A DNA stretch of 64,000 bases from Corallochytrium limacisporum Hawaii (taxonomy: Eukaryota; Protista; Pluriformea): positions 1 through 64,000 of the forward strand of contig PDIP01000094.1 of assembly GCA_002811645.1 (NCBI GenBank). The letters are read 5' to 3'. Below, piece after piece: positions 1 through 10,092 of the stretch (position 1 is its first letter; the number at the start of each line of letters is the position of its first letter). The position numbers were made by a program, and so were the translations under genes. The notes under the pieces were generated by a model. The model did not search any database, was not told the DNA's origin, and saw only the letters and a program-made list of their open reading frames with translations.

Positions 1-1735
1 CTCCCATGCCCTCCCCCCCTTCTTTTTCCTCGTTCAATTGGGGTGTGTAACCAACCCGTTCCACTATCTAATTGGATACCTTAATCCAGTTATGGTACGA
101 GCGTGTGGGGCAGAACGTGTAAGCGTGCATTTAGAAACGATGCGCTCACCTTAAAATTTTCAGTGTGGCAAGCACCCAGGCCTACCACAAAGGACCAGAA
201 ATTCTAAAATCAAGAATCTCGAATGTTTCCATGTCTTTTTCTGGTCCAGCTGTCAGTATAACTCCGTTTGGACTACAGAATGGGTCTGTTTTTACAGCGG
301 CGAATTGTGTGAAATAGGTATGAGTACCCCAGGCTTGATGATCGTCCAGGGCGATCATCACCATTCTCATTGCTGTTTTTGGACAGTCAGGTATTTTGGT
401 CCTCATCGCGTGATAATATGTGGTGCATATTCGATAAGCCAGCGTCCTGGTCGATCGGTAAAATAATAGGAACCGGGCCTTATTTGACCGTACAAGATTC
501 ACCCCCCCCCCTTCCCCGCGAGAGGTGGGGGCGGCCCAAAGTGTGAAGCAATGGGGTTAAATATGAGAAACGGGTTGTTGAGCATCACCCATTTGGTGAT
601 GGCACAGCCACACGTTCTTCACTCGCCGCTTGTCATCCACACCTTGTAGTTTTTTCGAGTCGGTGACAATGTTTCCCTGAAGAGTTCCGCATGTTAAGCG
701 CTCGCTCTTCCATGTCCTATCTTTATACTTCCGGATGGGTAGTGGTTGGTCGGAGACTTATCGCGCGTTCCGTGTGCCAATTAGCCAGTTTAGACAGGGG
801 TCCCTTGCCGCGCAGGGGAGAGACGGATTTCTACTGGGTTAGAAATTCGGCGAAAAAGCAGGCAAGTTTGTGACTTTGGGAAGGAATCGCGCGTACTTTA
901 ACTCGAATTGGGGCGGCTATACCCCCAGATTTCAGAAAATTTAGTACACGGCATTCTAATTTGTTTCTCGACGTAATGGTTTTTCTATGGAAAGTTATTG
1001 TGTCAAGAGCCACCCACACCACCCACCCCTGCTGTTCTGGTTGCAGGATGGAATGACGGATGACAACGAAAATACAGGGAACACAGAAGCCCGGCGTCGA
1101 GAGACAGTACGTTCCCCATGGAAATCCATGGGCTCTTATCAGCACCAAAGGGGGGAAATCGTCCGTCGGCAGCGGGGAGGGGACGAAGAACCCCGGCGGG
1201 AGCGCAGCGGGAAGGATTTTGCAGCGCCCTCCCTGCAGAGAGAGGCACAATAGGACCCGGAGGGTTTTCTTAGTGAATGAACTGAGACAAGCAAGCGAGA
1301 GAACCGAGAAAAAGGGATGAGAGGATGAGAAGCATACTCTGTATCTAGAGGGGAAAAGACGGCGGATTAGCGGGACGGTTCCAGACGTTATTCTGGCGGG
1401 TCCATCATTCTCACTGTGCACGGGAGGCTACAGGGGTCGTCAGAGGCAAGATTTGTCATCCATGATCTTCACCTGATTTCAGCTCTTGACGCATGATACA
1501 GCTCTAGTGGCTTACAGTGCCGTGGACTTCTGGGATGGTACAAGAGAAGTCGTATTTGACCAGATCGAAAATAGGCATGTGTGCATATGAAAGAACGGCA
1601 AGATAGAAAAGCGAATGAGACAAATGAAGGTGGCCGTTTAGTTTGGTACCAATGTATAGGAAAATGTGCGGGTAAATATCCGAAAGGCACAGTCAACCGT
1701 GACTGTACTCGCAGGATTCACGTAGTTCAGCAAAC

Positions 1736-4700
1736 ATGAGCGATTTCGATGACTTTCAATTGCAGTTACTGGCTTCCCCGCCCCCTGGAGAAAATCGGGA
1801 GGAGGCGTATTCGCCCCAGCCTAATCCACATATGCTCGAAGACATTCAAGAGGAAGAGTCTTGGGGAACACACGACGAAATTCAGGAGGTACACTCTCCT
1901 GATGAAATACTCACAGAGCATGATTTTGGACAGACAGCTTCAGAGGTACAAAGAAAAGAGAAAAGGCAACAACGAAGACAAAAGCTATCTAGTGCATGGG
2001 GAAAATTTAAGTGCGTTCTCCTGCTTTGTTTGCTCACCACTGCTGCCATAATTCGTCCCTCCTACATCGGGATAGCTTACTTTATTGGTGCAGTGATTTT
2101 AGGTCCGATCTCTACCAGTTTTGGTGCTCCAGTATACAAGGCTGACTCCGTATGGTTCGTCACTGGAGTACGCATCCTGTCTGTGGTTTCCATAGCTTCA
2201 ATTCTGGGACAGGGCAGCTGGCAAATTTATTTGGCATCATCTGGACAATATGAAGACCTATCGACAGCAGATGCGGACATTGTCTTCAGAAGAATTGGAT
2301 GGTTGAAGTATGTTGATGGGCTGTCAGCATTTGACTACATTCGGTACTACGGGGCAGACGTGTTCGTCCTTATCGGATGTCTCTTTTGGGGACAAGCTCT
2401 GTACAAGAATCCACCAGAGGGGTTTAACCATTCGGGCAATGCGTTCAAGCCAAACCTTAGCGTAGGACTGAAATCCAGGGATACGTTCTACTCGGCAGAG
2501 GCTGATGAAAACTTTGCGTTGCCCTCACCTATAGTAGAAGTGGCAGATGATTATCAAAACAGCACTCCGGATCTGGCCCAAATAGATGGGAGCGAGACGC
2601 GTCCACTACCGACATTTGAAGAGGACCTGCCTTTAGAAGACAGTGATGAGCAGATGGCTATGCAGGAAAAGATGAAGGAGGCAAAGAAAAGGAAGTTTGC
2701 CTTCAGCCGAGAGGGTCTGGACAAACTAATGCTTGTTGGCCATTGGACCATGGAAGCGTGCCACCTCTGCGCCATGGGAGCGTTTACGTCGCTGATTCCG
2801 TCCATTCTGGCCGGACCAATAGCCGCCTTCGTCCTGATATATATGCTGAATTTTGCTGCGGAGGGATATGGAAGGTTCAAGTGCTGGCCCGCACCGCTCT
2901 GGACAATTTACGCATGTTATACCTTTGCATACTTCACCCTGGTATATGCGTACAACACACTAAACGCTTTTCAGGATGCCCTGGACCCAAACTCGCAGGA
3001 AGCACAGGGATTAGGTCTCTTTGCATTGGTAAACACCGAAACCATGACCTTGGATGAGAATCGGTGGGAGTACTATGTCATGCTTGGTATTATGGTGCTC
3101 AGCGTTGTTTTCTATCCCCTGCGTGTGTCCAGCCATCGCTCTGCCAGCTTGGCTGGACTGAGGGGAAGCGGTGCGCAGCTGGATAGTAATGATGAACTGC
3201 CACCGTTGTCCCGGTTTTGGTTTCAGGCAATGACGTCCTTGTCACTCATTGGAATTTTGGCCTGGACCATGACATTCCCATCGTACTTTGGACTCGGTGC
3301 AACATTTGTTGTCTTCATTGGCTTTTTGACGCCTATCCAAATTTTGATGGTTGCCCTAGTTCCCATCGCTATAATTTTCTCCGCTCTGTACATACTACTG
3401 TACGTTTGGAATTTGCGAGGCCTCACTGTCAACGAGCAAGAACAGTGGACTCTTGAAAACTTCGAGTATCCGGTGTTCGCGGTAGGCTTAACTTGGGCCC
3501 TGCTTGTGTTGTTATCTTTCACCACTGCGATGCGAAAACGGTATCCACAGGACGGGCACACTGTGGGTACTGATGTGGATGCCTTCTTGAAGGGAAATAG
3601 TGGAGGACATCGCAACAGCAATGTGGACGGAGCCCGTGCCTTTGCTGACGAGGACTTAGATGCTATAGATGATGCGCAGGAAATTCGCATCTATGACTTG
3701 CAAACAGGAAGCAAGGCAAGCGATCATGAGAACATGGAGGAAGGATTTGCCCATCGCCAATCCCCCATGAGTTCGGGTAGCAGTTCGGGAGCAGATTTGG
3801 ATGCAAGTGCGAGACAAGCACTGAATAGGATGACACCTGCAGAAGCAGCAGTTATCGATGACGTGAAGGGCAAACCAGTGGAAAACAATGGCACCGAAGG
3901 CAAACGAATGTCGATCACGGAGAAGACCGCAGGAAAAGCCAAGGGACTCCTTGCCTGGCTCTCCAGACACATTTCGAAGGACGGACTGATTGTTTTGCGA
4001 TATGTTATCCGCTATAGCTATCAGTTGGTCCTCCTCTTTGTGTTGTTCTGTTCTCTGCAGCGGGTTAGTATTATCAATGGTCTGTACCTACTAATCTTCC
4101 TGCTGTTTTCCATCAGTGTAAGTCTTGCTCGGAGATTCTGGTTTGCCTTTGTCGTTTACAATTACGCAAACATCTTTGTAGTGTACTTGTGGCAGTTCCC
4201 CTGGGCGGATGATATCCTCACTGATAGTCAGGAGAAGGTCATTGGTCTGTCCTTCGCAGGCGCAGACTCCATGTGGGAACTTCAGTATTGGAATGTTCTG
4301 ATCTTTATTCCCGCCATGTTCCAATTTTACACCTGGAAACTGCAGGGTATAAACAGTGCTCACACCCGGGAATTCTCCCGCTCCACTCCTAAGGCCCGAG
4401 GAGCCGGGAACTTATCCGGACTGGAGCTTGTGAAAGAGATGAACTACTTCATGACTAGGAAGTTATGGCTTTGGTGTGTAGTCATCGTTCTGATCAGCTT
4501 CGCGATGACTGTCTATGAAAAGACTGTCGTCGGCGTTTGGTACCAGCTGTGTGCGTACGCAGCCTTGACCGCGCTTGGTCTTGGCAACAAGGACACTTTC
4601 CTGTTCAAGACGGTCCTTGGCTTTCAATGCTTTGTCCATGCCATCATTATCGCTGGCTTTTATATCTATCAATTCCCTGACGTACAGGAGCAAGCGGAAG

Positions 4701-7700
4701 ATGTTTTTGATCAAAACAACATTGACGACATGGGACTAAAGCAGAGAACTGATGCAGAACTCTTTGCCTACCTTATTGGGCCTGTGTTTGTGCTCATGGT
4801 AACCGTCACGCAGTTCCGATTCGGCATTCGTCATGAAGCGGAAAATCAACAGACTGAAGCACCTATCCGGTACCAAGAGTTCCCACTGAAAAGCGGCTAT
4901 TTTGTGTTGGCATTGAAGAGGTTTTTCCGTGCCCACTCCAGTAAGGCCGCTATTGCAGTCGGTGGTGGAGCAGCATTACAGTTTATTGGGGGCCCGAATG
5001 CTACAGATGCGGCACTACTTGTTCTTTTGTGCCTGATTTTGCAGGCTCCAAGGCTTCGATTGCTTCTGTACCCTGTGGCCTTCTTTTTCGCCATGGCAGC
5101 CGCGGTCGCGCGCGAATTGTACCAGTTCAAGACGGTACAGGCAGAAGTGGGTACACGGTCACGTGAAGATGCCGACTGGTTCGGCTTTGTTGCCGTGGAT
5201 GAATCAGGCCGGTACTTGGGTCTGTACATCACATTTGTGTACCTATCGGCTTTATTCTTCCATAGCCGAAACTGGTTATACTGTGAAGATCGTAGCCGTT
5301 CTAAATTCAGCGCTTGGACCGAAGACCAAGTCAAGGATGTCTCTCTCGTCTATGACTCAGACAAGATACAGACTGACAGTAGGGTTCGCGATGAAACCGT
5401 CCGCATTGTTCGCATTCTTGATAATGTGTTCGCCTACACAGGATACGAGATGTCCCTCATCGCGTTGGTCATAGCTGCCATCACGAAATTGAACGTTGTT
5501 GGACTGATCTATGTTTTAATGGCATGGTGCTTGTGGGGTTCGAAGGGGAAGAAGCCTCGCCTTACAATTCTGGGGATGTACACCTTCATCATATCATTGT
5601 TGCTTATCATCCAGTACCTTGCACAGTTGTGGTTCCCCCCATTCATTGACTTAAACTATCCTTGGCAAAGTTGGACAGACAACACAGGTACCCAATGGCA
5701 GGAAGGCTTGTATGTGTACCTGTATTTGCCCCCTTCACAAGATCTCACCCAATTAGGCGCTGACTTCTTCGCATTGATGGTTTTCTCGCTATACCTGATG
5801 TCCAGGAAGCGCAAAAGGACTTCAGAATGGCAAGCTCACGATCGCTTGATGAAGTACAACATCAGGGCTTATCCCGTGCATGCCATTAGTGGATTCTGGC
5901 AGATATTTATCGTCTTGCTCACCATAACGTGCTTTGTCCAAGCTGTTGGCAGCCCATCTTTACTGCGAGCCGGCTATTTGTACTTTGCTGTGATGCTGGT
6001 AAATTATGGACCGATTCCTTTGGCCTATGGCACTGGGACAAAAGAAATTTTGAAGGGGATCTCGTACACCTTCGGCTTGCTCTCTTTCTTGTTGGCTTAC
6101 CAGGTCGTTGCATACTCGGTGAAATGGGAGGATGCGGATGAGACGGTGGTTGATGCGTTGAGGACTCTTGGTGTTGGAGCTGGTTTCAAACGAGATACCA
6201 CATTCTACAACACAAACTTCCCCCTTGCCTTTAATTCGTGGTCAAGCAAGGGTCTGGTTTTATACCTAGTGATCCTATACTTTTTCCTCATGTACTTGAA
6301 TCTACAGAAGTCGGCCATGTTTCGACGTTTGGCACGGAACTATGAGATCCGTGAAGCTGTGAGCCCTTCAATTGCAAAGCGTATCTTCGACATGTACAAG
6401 GATGCAGTTGAAATACGGCACACAAGGGACTCACAACGAGTAGTGGCAGTCCAGGGTCGCGTAGACAAAATGGTGACTAAGGAACGCAGTGAGGATGGCC
6501 GTCTCTTCCAGAGGCCTGAAGACTTCCTTGGCGTCCACGGAGATGACCTTCAGGATGAAGTCGAGGATATGGGGGGTCTTCTTGGTGTCTTGAGCGAGAA
6601 GGAGAGGAAGAGAAAGAAGCACCTCCGTGGATCACCCGGCGTCAGTAACGCCATGGATGTTGACGGGGAGACCTTTGTGGATTCCAAGGAGAACCTTCGG
6701 ATGACTCCAGGAACCGCAGCCCCAGATTTAGTTCTAAGCTCTCCGGACAGTGAGGTGCATAAGGACAGAAAAGACCAACCAGAAGCCGAACCAAGGCTCC
6801 TAGAAGACGCTGACGCTGATGAGGAAATCAAATCTCCCTACGATGAGTGGAACAGTGATAGCGAAGAGGAACAACCAGGGGACGATCCTGAGCCTCAGAC
6901 CTACGGCGAGGCCGCAACTCGTCAGAAGAATCGTTTCGTCCGTGCCTTCTTTGGCTTCTTCCGCTGGTTGCGAAGAACATTCTTTGCATTCCTGGAAAGC
7001 CTCGGACACGAACAGGCCGAGCTAGAGGAGGTAGAGGCGGAGATGAAGCGGGAAAAGATGGCACAGATTCGTGGTACCGAAGTCACCGATGTGGATCACT
7101 TTGACGCTAATGAAAAGTCCTTTTTACCCCGTGAAATCATAGAACACAGACGGCAACAAAGTCTGATCACCAAACAGAGTCTGATCACGAAGCACCCTGC
7201 TGATACTCCCGCGCTCTTTGTAGAATCTCAAGAGAATCTTATCACGGAGGCCGCAGAGGCAACAGGCACAGAGAAACCTGCCAATGAAGAGACCACCTCG
7301 AAGCCAAAGAAGAAACGATCGTACGCGAGACGATTCTTCACAGACATGAGGCTTGTCTTCATGTCGCAGACCGAAAACCTTTGCTTTATCCTGATGGTTA
7401 TTGCGATGATGGCAGCCGCAGATCTTTTAACGGCCGGCTATGGTATTTTTGTCTTTGTGGTGAATCCGCTTTTCAAGCCTTTGCCCAATCGAGCTTTCTG
7501 GCATGCTTGCATTAGTTACAGCGTATTTGTCATGGTCATGAAGTATATCTTTAATTTGGATATCTGGACGTTCAACATCACAAATGATGGTCTGGACTGG
7601 TATGACTACATTGGCATCGCTCAAACAACCGGTAAATTCACTGTGATTGTCCTCCCCGAGATTTTAGTTTTGGTGGCCATCACTTTGCATCGTCAGCAAT

Positions 7701-9889
7701 TGAAACTGAAGGGGGTGTGGGGCAACGAGGCCAGCAATAATGCAAAGGCTGAAGACTTCTGGAAGAAGCAAGCGCACAATGTAACACGCGAAGGGTCGGT
7801 TGACAGCAGTATGCTGCTCAGCCCTTCTCCCCTGCTGCCACGAACCCACAGTCCAAAGAAGCACAAACAGCCACATACTTCCTTTGCGGCTTCAAATGCA
7901 TCGCCTCTGCGTTCATCACCTCTGCGTCATCAAAGTACCAGAAGTGCCGAAACTGTCCATAGCGGCGCAGTGAATATGGGTTCTGAGCAATCTCCGCCCA
8001 AGCGCAACCCGGGTACGTCGACCCAAGCGAGGCCGTCTATTGCAATGCCAGATCCAAAGAAGCTCATGGAGTTTGCGAGAAAGAAAGACGAAGACGGCAA
8101 GAAAGGGTTCTTCCACAATCTCCGTTCGTGGATCCATGAAAAGGTCACAAGTGGTGGGTTCCTGGTTCCCCGCGACTACTATCTACCTCAGACGATCTGG
8201 GAAGCCATCGCTACATTGGTAATCATCATCGGCTATCCAAACTTCAATCGCGAGGGCCAGGCAACCAGTTTCCTGTCCATTATTACCGACAATGAGGTTC
8301 CGCTGGCTTTTGTGATCATGCTGATGCTACAAACGGCTGTTATGATTATTGACCGCACCATCTATGTGCTGCGAAACATTTCCGCCAAGTTCAAGTGGCA
8401 GGTCACAAATTTCCTTATCGTGATGTTGGCTTGCTTTTTCTTTGTCCCATCGTACACGAATCGCACCTTCAATGATAATCCATCGCTGATTGCCCTTTTC
8501 CTTGTGAAGTCAATCAGTTTGTTCTTTGGTGCACTACAGATCCGCCATGGATATCCATCCCAGGTGCTGAAGTCCGCGTTGACGGCACAGTACACGAAGG
8601 TCAACTCGATACTCTTCAGCGCTTATCGTATTGTGCCTTTCGTCTATGAAATCCGCGTGCTCGTAGACTGGGGCGCTACCCGCACCACACTCGGCCTCAC
8701 GGATTGGTTGTTGGTCGAGGACTTGAACTATGTTGTGTTCTCGAAGCGCGTTGACCAGGAGAATGAGGACGACCGGCCACCGGGCTCACCACAGCCAAGA
8801 ATTGCCAAGTGTTTCAAGTCCTCTTGCTTCATTATCCTGATCGTGTTGTTCCTGTACTTACCTCTTTTGCTTTTCTCCTTGGCTAGCCTCAGCGCGGAGT
8901 CCAATCCTCCTGTGCTTGGTAGCATGACTATTGCCTTGCGTGGTTTCACCCCGTTTGCGGAGATTCAGGCCCCTCCCGCGGACTTTATGGACATCCCGGA
9001 CACTGTCAGTTCTACCATAGAGAAAAGCTTTGGTAGCAATAACTTTGCTAATCTGCGCGCCCCTGTGCTAGTGGGCTTCTCCGGCAATTCGTCCCAGCCC
9101 TACGACCAAACCTATGCCAGTCGCACTGACCTCAGCGAAGATCTCCTGTTCACAGTCAACGATGGATCTGAAGTAGGTTTGGATGTGGTCCTGACCTTTT
9201 CCCGTGACAAATTTAACTCGGGTTATACTGAAACTGCAAGCGCAACCTTTGAGCACGAACTGAGCCAGGAGCAGGCGGCTGAACTTGCGGCGCTCATCGA
9301 ACCCGTGGACACGACACCAGCAAACAATGACACAGAAATGGTCGGTTTCGTTACCATTGAGGACACGTTCCCACTCATCATTGAATTGGATAGTAGTGAA
9401 GACATCGAGCCCATCACCGATGTCACCGTGACATGTGACCTGGCGTTGCTGCGCGCCGTTCTTCCAGACGGTTCGGTGCAAGAGTGGTGGTCCGTAACCA
9501 TTGCTGAGGCGCCGGATCAAATCCCGGCTACACTCAATTATCCTGAGGCAGACTTCTCTAGTGGCTACACCGTCATAGCATACTCGACTCCGATCGTAAC
9601 GGGTTTGTTCTCACTGATCAGTGCTCAGGGTGTCGTCGGTTTGTACGTCTCTATCATTCTTGTAGCCGGTCGATTCATGCGAATTGCCGTGACCGGCCTT
9701 GCCGATAAGGTTATTGTTGACCGTATGAAGGACGTGACTATCATTGAGAAGCTCATCGATGACATACGTATTGCGCGCACCCTGGATGCTTTGGAACTGG
9801 AGAGTATATTGTTCGAAGAGTTGGTCTTCCTCTTCCGCTCTCCAGAGTCCCTGTTGATCTGGACCAGCGGAAAGTTCAAAGTGGACTGA
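1736..9889 (+). CDS. PIEZO: Piezo-type mechanosensitive ion channel (2717 aa, single ORF)
   Basis: Many predicted TM helices in clusters. PFEW signature YRIVPFVYEIRVLVDW. Cap region followed by the inner helix GVVGLYVSIILVAGRFMR. C-terminal LESILFEELVFLFRSPESLLIWT is typical of Piezo. Confidence 0.96.
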   Translation: MSDFDDFQLQLLASPPPGENREEAYSPQPNPHMLEDIQEEESWGTHDEIQEVHSPDEILTEHDFGQTASEVQRKEKRQQRRQKLSSAWGKFKCVLLLCLLTTAAIIRPSYIGIAYFIGAVILGPISTSFGAPVYKADSVWFVTGVRILSVVSIASILGQGSWQIYLASSGQYEDLSTADADIVFRRIGWLKYVDGLSAFDYIRYYGADVFVLIGCLFWGQALYKNPPEGFNHSGNAFKPNLSVGLKSRDTFYSAEADENFALPSPIVEVADDYQNSTPDLAQIDGSETRPLPTFEEDLPLEDSDEQMAMQEKMKEAKKRKFAFSREGLDKLMLVGHWTMEACHLCAMGAFTSLIPSILAGPIAAFVLIYMLNFAAEGYGRFKCWPAPLWTIYACYTFAYFTLVYAYNTLNAFQDALDPNSQEAQGLGLFALVNTETMTLDENRWEYYVMLGIMVLSVVFYPLRVSSHRSASLAGLRGSGAQLDSNDELPPLSRFWFQAMTSLSLIGILAWTMTFPSYFGLGATFVVFIGFLTPIQILMVALVPIAIIFSALYILLYVWNLRGLTVNEQEQWTLENFEYPVFAVGLTWALLVLLSFTTAMRKRYPQDGHTVGTDVDAFLKGNSGGHRNSNVDGARAFADEDLDAIDDAQEIRIYDLQTGSKASDHENMEEGFAHRQSPMSSGSSSGADLDASARQALNRMTPAEAAVIDDVKGKPVENNGTEGKRMSITEKTAGKAKGLLAWLSRHISKDGLIVLRYVIRYSYQLVLLFVLFCSLQRVSIINGLYLLIFLLFSISVSLARRFWFAFVVYNYANIFVVYLWQFPWADDILTDSQEKVIGLSFAGADSMWELQYWNVLIFIPAMFQFYTWKLQGINSAHTREFSRSTPKARGAGNLSGLELVKEMNYFMTRKLWLWCVVIVLISFAMTVYEKTVVGVWYQLCAYAALTALGLGNKDTFLFKTVLGFQCFVHAIIIAGFYIYQFPDVQEQAEDVFDQNNIDDMGLKQRTDAELFAYLIGPVFVLMVTVTQFRFGIRHEAENQQTEAPIRYQEFPLKSGYFVLALKRFFRAHSSKAAIAVGGGAALQFIGGPNATDAALLVLLCLILQAPRLRLLLYPVAFFFAMAAAVARELYQFKTVQAEVGTRSREDADWFGFVAVDESGRYLGLYITFVYLSALFFHSRNWLYCEDRSRSKFSAWTEDQVKDVSLVYDSDKIQTDSRVRDETVRIVRILDNVFAYTGYEMSLIALVIAAITKLNVVGLIYVLMAWCLWGSKGKKPRLTILGMYTFIISLLLIIQYLAQLWFPPFIDLNYPWQSWTDNTGTQWQEGLYVYLYLPPSQDLTQLGADFFALMVFSLYLMSRKRKRTSEWQAHDRLMKYNIRAYPVHAISGFWQIFIVLLTITCFVQAVGSPSLLRAGYLYFAVMLVNYGPIPLAYGTGTKEILKGISYTFGLLSFLLAYQVVAYSVKWEDADETVVDALRTLGVGAGFKRDTTFYNTNFPLAFNSWSSKGLVLYLVILYFFLMYLNLQKSAMFRRLARNYEIREAVSPSIAKRIFDMYKDAVEIRHTRDSQRVVAVQGRVDKMVTKERSEDGRLFQRPEDFLGVHGDDLQDEVEDMGGLLGVLSEKERKRKKHLRGSPGVSNAMDVDGETFVDSKENLRMTPGTAAPDLVLSSPDSEVHKDRKDQPEAEPRLLEDADADEEIKSPYDEWNSDSEEEQPGDDPEPQTYGEAATRQKNRFVRAFFGFFRWLRRTFFAFLESLGHEQAELEEVEAEMKREKMAQIRGTEVTDVDHFDANEKSFLPREIIEHRRQQSLITKQSLITKHPADTPALFVESQENLITEAAEATGTEKPANEETTSKPKKKRSYARRFFTDMRLVFMSQTENLCFILMVIAMMAAADLLTAGYGIFVFVVNPLFKPLPNRAFWHACISYSVFVMVMKYIFNLDIWTFNITNDGLDWYDYIGIAQTTGKFTVIVLPEILVLVAITLHRQQLKLKGVWGNEASNNAKAEDFWKKQAHNVTREGSVDSSMLLSPSPLLPRTHSPKKHKQPHTSFAASNASPLRSSPLRHQSTRSAETVHSGAVNMGSEQSPPKRNPGTSTQARPSIAMPDPKKLMEFARKKDEDGKKGFFHNLRSWIHEKVTSGGFLVPRDYYLPQTIWEAIATLVIIIGYPNFNREGQATSFLSIITDNEVPLAFVIMLMLQTAVMIIDRTIYVLRNISAKFKWQVTNFLIVMLACFFFVPSYTNRTFNDNPSLIALFLVKSISLFFGALQIRHGYPSQVLKSALTAQYTKVNSILFSAYRIVPFVYEIRVLVDWGATRTTLGLTDWLLVEDLNYVVFSKRVDQENEDDRPPGSPQPRIAKCFKSSCFIILIVLFLYLPLLLFSLASLSAESNPPVLGSMTIALRGFTPFAEIQAPPADFMDIPDTVSSTIEKSFGSNNFANLRAPVLVGFSGNSSQPYDQTYASRTDLSEDLLFTVNDGSEVGLDVVLTFSRDKFNSGYTETASATFEHELSQEQAAELAALIEPVDTTPANNDTEMVGFVTIEDTFPLIIELDSSEDIEPITDVTVTCDLALLRAVLPDGSVQEWWSVTIAEAPDQIPATLNYPEADFSSGYTVIAYSTPIVTGLFSLISAQGVVGLYVSIILVAGRFMRIAVTGLADKVIVDRMKDVTIIEKLIDDIRIARTLDALELESILFEELVFLFRSPESLLIWTSGKFKVD

Positions 9890-10092
9890 TTTAAGATAAT
9901 TCTTGTTCGAGTTCTAATGGCAACATGTTTCAACAGTAACGTGGCAATTTGCCAATTGCATACGGAATAAAATGGCACATTGTGAATAGTTAGTGTGTAA
10001 TGTACAAAATGAAATCGAAAGACAAAGATGAGACTCAAAGTTACGGATTGTTGACCTTTCACATCGCCGTAGGCTGCAGTGGATTTCTGTGG

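Noticed and set aside
182-1696. Short ORFs upstream of Piezo (106 aa, 196 aa and others)
   Set aside because: No recognisable domains or coding-like composition; probably promoter or 5' UTR.
7157-7191. QSLITK x2 duplication in Piezo
   Set aside because: An 18-nt duplication in a disordered loop; real but unremarkable.
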